A DNA stretch of 64,000 nucleotides from Squalus acanthias (taxonomy: Eukaryota): positions 14,446,001-14,510,000 of the forward strand of contig CM059435.1 of the NCBI GenBank assembly GCA_030390025.1. The letters run 5' to 3'. Under the pieces are notes generated by a model that saw only the letters and a program-made list of their open reading frames with translations, did no database searches and was not told the DNA's origin. The position numbers and the translations under genes were made by a program. Positions 57,957 through 64,000 of this stretch are shown in pieces (positions within the stretch are counted from its first letter, which is position 1; every line of letters starts with the position of its first letter).

Positions 57957-59539
57957 TGACTGCAGTTAGCTTCTGTTCTCAAGATGAAAAATCAGCACCA
58001 AAGTTTGCCTGCCAAAAAGTGCTGCTCCCCTTTAAGAGGCATAGGCTGCCTTTAAATAGCAACAGCACCGCTGGAATTCCTACCACCCAAATGGGCGAGC
58101 TGCCTATCGGTAGGTAGCGTGAATGGCACCAACAGCTCACCATAAATATTTGAACGAGACCTGACCGTGATAATGGTTCTGGCCTCCCGCTGATGTCATC
58201 AAGCGGGAATAGCAGACGGCCCAGCCAATGTCTCAAGGTTAGATGATAAACATTAGTAAGAGCTTTAGAAGAGATTACTCAAAGCAAGGTTGAAAATATA
58301 GGTTCCGAGGAGGTTTTTACATATTTGCCAGGGAGACCACACCACTTTACCATACATACCTTTCTCCAGTAACACAAATGAAATTCTGGGTATGGACGAC
58401 AATTCACATGCCAAACTATAATTTCTTAAAATGTCTCTGAAATCCACCACAGTGCTTTCCCCTTTCTAACAATCTGTGTGCAATCATGCTCCACTACCTA
58501 GCCCAGCGCTGCTTCTTGGTGGAACTCCGTGGCTGGAGTCTGTGAAGTGGTTGGCAGCTGAGGGTGTGAAAGGCTCCTGGGATTTGGTCAATTCGGCTTA
58601 GTGGTAGCATTTTCACCCCAGAGTCAGAAGTTGAAGGGTTCGAAGCCCACTCTCGATAGCCTCGCCGAGTGAAGATTAGAATACTGTCCCCAAATACTAG
58701 GCTGACATCCAGCAGGGTACTCGCAGAAGGAATTTTCAGACAACTAATTACTCTTATTTAGGGTGAACAGCAACACGTGTTGGAACATATTCATTATACA
58801 GATAGATATATACACCCTTCCCCCCCACCCCCCTTATGCACAAATGCAGGTGCAGAATGTGTACATTCTACACCAATTTGAGGAAGCATCTGCTTGAACT
58901 GATAAAAATGAACAGCGGAGAGTGGTCTGACTGATAGGACAGTAAAAAGTGAAGTCGTGGTGTAGTTACTTTTCTCCCCCATTACAGCACCAGGTTTTGA
59001 CCCATCAAGTGGAAAGGGCAATGAAGTAACCTGAGGCACTTCTCAAAAAGGTGATGTAGTAGTGCAAATATTCAGCATTTCAAAATTACCTTCAGAGATT
59101 TAAAAAAACTCTCGAAAGTTTTGTCACGCTGCTGTGCTTTAGAACTGATCCACTGCAAAAGCCTTGCAGGATTAAGAAAAGCTGTGGATGTTCAGCCCAA
59201 TTAGAAAGACTAATTGCCATGGGGAGATATAAATTATGAAAGACCCACATGATCCCATAGCATAAATTTTTAGACAAAGCTAATAACCCATAAAGCACAG
59301 TGGCTGTCACTGACAGGCTGCACATTTGTTAGACCTTGTGGGAGGTGTTGATATCACATGGAGATGGTGCTATTTAAAACATTTTTTTAAAATTATAAAC
59401 CATAGTACTCTGTGTTCAATTTTAAAACTGCAGAGATTCAGCAGTGCAGCATTTTGGGACTGTACACCACAGAACAGAGGGATGCAGGTCTATACCCTCA
59501 ATCCTCCACACAGTGGGGGTAATTTTAACTTATGGCAAT

Positions 59540-59862
59540 GGTTCTTCAACAGCACCTCCCAAACCCACGACCTCTACCACCTAGAAGGACAAGGGCAGCA
59601 GGCGCATGGGAACAACACCACCTCCAAGTTCCCCTCCAAGTCACACACCATCTCGACTTGGAAATATATCGCCGTTCCTTCATTGTCGCTGGGTCAAAAT
59701 CCTGGAACTCCGTCCTTAACGGCACTGTGGGAGCACCTTCACCACATGGACTGCAGCGGTTCAAGAAGGCGGTTCACCACCACCTTCTCAAGGGCAATTA
59801 GGGATGGGCAATAAATGCTGGCCTTGCCAACGGCACCCACCTTCCATGAACAAATAAAAAAA
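59540..59862 (+). mobile_element. CR1-superclade LINE 3' end, same family as 52300-52912
   Basis: Highly similar to 52598-52912. Confidence 0.8.
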
Positions 59863-61444
59863 TGAAACAGGCGATATTGGATCGGCCGCCAGTCATACAT
59901 AACGCCTGATTTTCCTTTCCATTTATGTCAAGTATTTTAAATGAAGAGAAGTCACTCTTATGCACCTCCTACAGGCCCATTTCAGAATGACAGTGATACT
60001 GGTCACCAGACAGTCCTCACGGCCAACGGTGGTGCATGGATTGGAAATTACCAATAGAAAAGCAAGAAAGTACTTCTTGTAATGCATATAAATCAATATA
60101 GTAGGGGGTACAAGAATAATGCAATACAGGCATTCAGATGAATTGTATAGCATGGAATTGTGTAGAGTCCTGAATTTATTGTATATTAGTTTTTCGATAC
60201 TTAGAAATGTTTACAGTGCTACAAAGTTTGCCACCATGTCAGCCTTCCAAAGGTAGTGGCAGTTTGCTAGTTAAAAGGAGGAGGAAGTGCAGCAGCTTTG
60301 ATTCAGAATGATTTCAGGTATATCGGGTCATATGGCAGGAAGGGCTAGAGAGAGGGGAAATATTTTTGTTGCTGTGATACTACGACAATCCACAGCCACT
60401 ACCACCCTAAAACGGATAATCAAGAGCAAGCTGCAATTTATACAGCTGCAATTCCACCCAATTCTAGTAATCTGAAAACTCGAGGAGCGATTTAGGATCA
60501 GTAAAATTGCAGCATTAAAATCATACCAGTTCTTTGTCATTCTATACATGTGGGTTTTTTTTTTAAAAGAGCTTGTGTGTTTCTTATACATAGGTGAGAC
60601 TTGGAGCGGTCTACCCTCTATTAGGAGCGACAGTTCACAATGGTGAGCCCTCCCCACTCCATTTAGCACAGTCACCTGAACAAATAATGCTTCTTTCTCC
60701 CTCCCTCAGAATTCTGATGAAAAGGCAGAATTGTACAAAATCAGAGAGAAGTAATATACTCTCAAACCACTTATAAACTACTCATGTTAAAATGCTGTAC
60801 ATATGTTGATAAGGAGATAGAGATGAGAAAGGGTCTTTCAGTCCATCTAACTTTCCTCATCATTTAAGTTTACATACAGTATCTGTTCAGACTCATTCAT
60901 CTCAGTTTACATATCTCAGGAGTTTTTTTCCTGTCAGTATTTTTTAGTCTTGTCAAATTTCATTGCTGATCAATCAAGTGAAGGAATTGAATTAACAGAT
61001 ACAATTATCAAGAGATACAAAACCATGCTGGATATCGCATCAACAAATAAAACTGGCTTACAAGACATCTGTATGTACAATAAAATGTTAACAGATGGAT
61101 CTGTGTTACTAGTCATATAGAGAAACATTTCTCAAACATGCATCACAGTTCCACTGCTGAAAATTACAGGTTTATCCTTCCAGGGTCCCATGCATCATTA
61201 TAGCAAATTTACACACATTTATTTCACCATAAACACTGGCACCAAAACTGCTTCTAACAGAAAAAAAACTTTTATTCTTAGAATAATTTCTAAAAATAAT
61301 CTTCGGCAAGTAAAACTGAAATAACTACACCCACACACCCGAGAAGCAGAGTCACTGTCACGGCACTTCCAGTAATAAGCCTTTTATGTAGAGGAAGTCA
61401 GCACAAACAGTGAACTGATATTACAAAAAAAAACTGATGCTTAC

Positions 61445-61642
61445 CTTTAGCCAATGAGATTGCTGAAATAGGGCAAGTTGCCAAGATCGTTCTAGCAGTC
61501 CGATAAAAAGCTAACTACTGACTAGTTGGCTGAAGTAATTATCTATTTTTTTTTCCTCTTTTCCACCCCACTCCTCCCAGACCTTAGCCAAAGTACTACA
61601 TGAGCTGAAGACCTTTCAAAATTCAGAGCCCTCAGCTTGTTC
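61445..61642 (-). other. Candidate 5'UTR non-coding exon of NCOA3
   Basis: Strong acceptor (tttcctgttttctgttttcaccag|G) and consensus donor (AAG|gtaagc) on the gene strand, in non-repetitive sequence. No transcript evidence. Confidence 0.35.
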
Positions 61643-62644
61643 CTGGTGAAAACAGAAAACAGGAAACAAATCAACAAAACTCATCAGCTTGTTTCACTTA
61701 GCTCACGTGATCTTTGCCCAGTCAGCAGCCAATGCATTTCCCTTCCTGTATTGGCAGAATTATTACACTGATCGTAATGAATGCTGAAAAATTCCCAACC
61801 TCCTTCTCCACAAGAACGTACCAAGCTGCTCTCCGGCGTGCAGTGCTCCCAAAGAATGTTGCTCTGATTGGATTATTTTTGATATTTCTATTTAATTACT
61901 CTAACTGAAAGCTGCAAGCGTCACTCTGTGCCTGTTTTAAATTAGCTTTTTACAATGATGGGGCGTAGCCTGAACACAAGTCAAGAAACCCAGTATTTGG
62001 AATAACTCTGCAATAGACTGAGCCATCTCTTAGTATTTATATCAATCTCTGCTTGCATGCAGAATTATCAAAAATCACACCCTTTTCCCCCTTCCACATA
62101 TACTGTAAAAAAAAATCCAGACAAATTTTCCACTTTGATTATTCTGTATCTACTATTTTTGGAGGACTATGTCACAACTACTGCTATCTGTGAAAGAGAG
62201 CAGTGCAGCAGCTTGGAGCTTTTGGTTTAAAATATATGCATGTAAATTAAACAGATGCTACGTCTTTAAAACACAAGTTAAAAAATAGCTTAATGTGCCA
62301 TTCTCACTTTACAATTGCTTGCCTGCAAACAGCAATATCTCTAAATGCAAATGGCAGTTGCAGTCCAGCATATTCAAATAGATCCTGTAGGGCTTGTTGT
62401 GAATAACAATGCACTGATATCAAACCATCTTAAACCCATGCCCCTCCCTCCCCCCCCCGATGCAACATTTAATTTTGCAACACTATAATAAGATACATCT
62501 GTGTTTTTTTATGAAACATTAATTGACTGGCCTTCTGAAAGATCTATACAATGCTGCTGCCAGGATCTCTCAATTTTCACTGTGCTACTGGACAAAGGTC
62601 TCGGCACTCATGCAAATATTTGACTTTGTAAGATCAGACTTCTC

Positions 62645-63716
62645 AGAATCATAGAATGATTACAGCACGAGGCCATTCGGCCCGTCGAGCCCGTGTCGGC
62701 TCTCTGCAAGAACACTTCAATTAGTCCCACTCCCCCGCCATTTCCCTGTACCCCTGCAATTTTTTTTTCTTTCAGATACTTATCCAATTCCCTTTTGAAA
62801 GCCACGATTGAATCTGCCTCCACCACCCTCTCAGGCAGTGCATTTCAGATCCTAACCACTCGCTGAGTAAAAAACGTTTTTCCTCACGTCGCCTTTGGTT
62901 CTTCTGCCAATCACCTTAAATCGGTGTCCTCTGGTTCTCGACCCTTCCGCCAATGGGAACAGTTTCTCTCTATCTACTCTGTCTAGGCCCCTCATGATTT
63001 TGAACACCTCTATCAAATCTCCTCTCAACCTTCTCTGCTCTAAGGAGAACAACCCCAGTCTCCAGTCTATCCACGTAACTGAAGTCCCTCATCCCTGGAA
63101 TGATTCTTGTAAATCTTTTCTGCACCCTCTCTAAGGGCTTCACATCCTTCCTAAAGTGCGGTGCACAGAATTGGAGACAATACTCCAGTTAAGGTCAGAC
63201 CAGTGTTTTATAAAGGTTCATCATAACTTCCTTGCTTTTGTACTCTATGCCTCTAGTTATGAAGCCCAGGATCCCATGCGTTTTATTTTAAAACTGCTAT
63301 CTCAACCTGCCCTGCCACCTTCAACAATTTGTGCACATACACCCCCAGGTCTCTGTTCATGCACCCCCTTTAGAATTGTACCCTTTAGTTTATATTGACG
63401 CTCGTTCTTCCTACCAAAATGTATCACTTTGCACTTTTCTGCGTTAAATTTCATCTGCCACGTGTCCGCCCTTTCCACCAGCCTGTCTATGTCCTCTTGA
63501 AGTCTATCACTATCCTCCTCATTATTCACTATACTTCCAAGTTTTGTGTCATCTACAAATTTTGAAATTGTGCCCTGTACTCCCAAGTCCAAGTCATTAA
63601 TATATATCAAGAAGAGCAGTGGTTCTAGTACTGACCCGAGGAACACCACTGTGTACCTTCCTCCAGTCCGAAAAACGACCATTCACCACTACTCTCGGTT
63701 TCCTGTCCCTTAGCCA
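62645..63716 (-). mobile_element. CR1 LINE 3' portion (RT C-terminal half and 3' UTR)
   Basis: GSVLEPLLFLIYINDLD...ISKFVDDTKLG...WQMKFNAEKCKVIHFG; FSLEQRRLRGDLIEVFKIM. Confidence 0.9.
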
Positions 63717-64000
63717 GACTTAGTAGCAGACTAGATGAATATAGTATTCTGTGTCCTTAGGGATCATTAAAGTAGTTTTTACTGGTTTCCATCATAACTT
63801 CTTGGATTTTTTTTCTGGTTGGGAGATCAGTAAAAACTGATTCCAAATTTCACAATTAAAAAGCCAAAGTTCACCATGGTCTTCACACTAAAAATAGGGT
63901 GCCAAGTGCGTACACGTTGCATTCATGACATCATGTAAACTGAGTAAGAAACACGCTTTACATGGCGTCATACAATGTATATGATGTCACAAAACGTGTA

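Overview
Vertebrate genomic DNA, most likely a cartilaginous fish (shark), inferred from the repeat families (SacSINE1-like DeuSINEs, L2, CR1 and Penelope-type remnants). One gene dominates the window, on the minus strand: NCOA3 (SRC-3/AIB1/ACTR, p160 nuclear receptor coactivator). I traced 15 GT-AG coding exons from the ATG at 31488 down to 340, covering the bHLH, PAS-A/B, three LxxLL NR boxes, the CBP/p300-binding domain and the start of the Q-rich region. The 3' exons lie left of the window. Positions 31.5-64 kb are probably a repeat-rich 5'UTR intron, with one candidate non-coding exon near 61.5 kb. Main observations: (1) a 1-nt deletion in the bHLH exon frameshifts an otherwise intact gene; (2) Penelope-like fragments carry minimal hammerhead-ribozyme cores, including an 84-bp-arm palindrome with a target-site duplication; (3) a 4-codon uORF overlaps the start codon; (4) one 1315-nt exon replaces human exons 11+12; (5) there is a hAT MITE, a Harbinger Myb-like remnant, a duplicated CTCF-like unit and a degenerate ~55-bp array. 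All comparisons to human and all repeat family names are from recall, not from a database search. Repeat boundaries are approximate.
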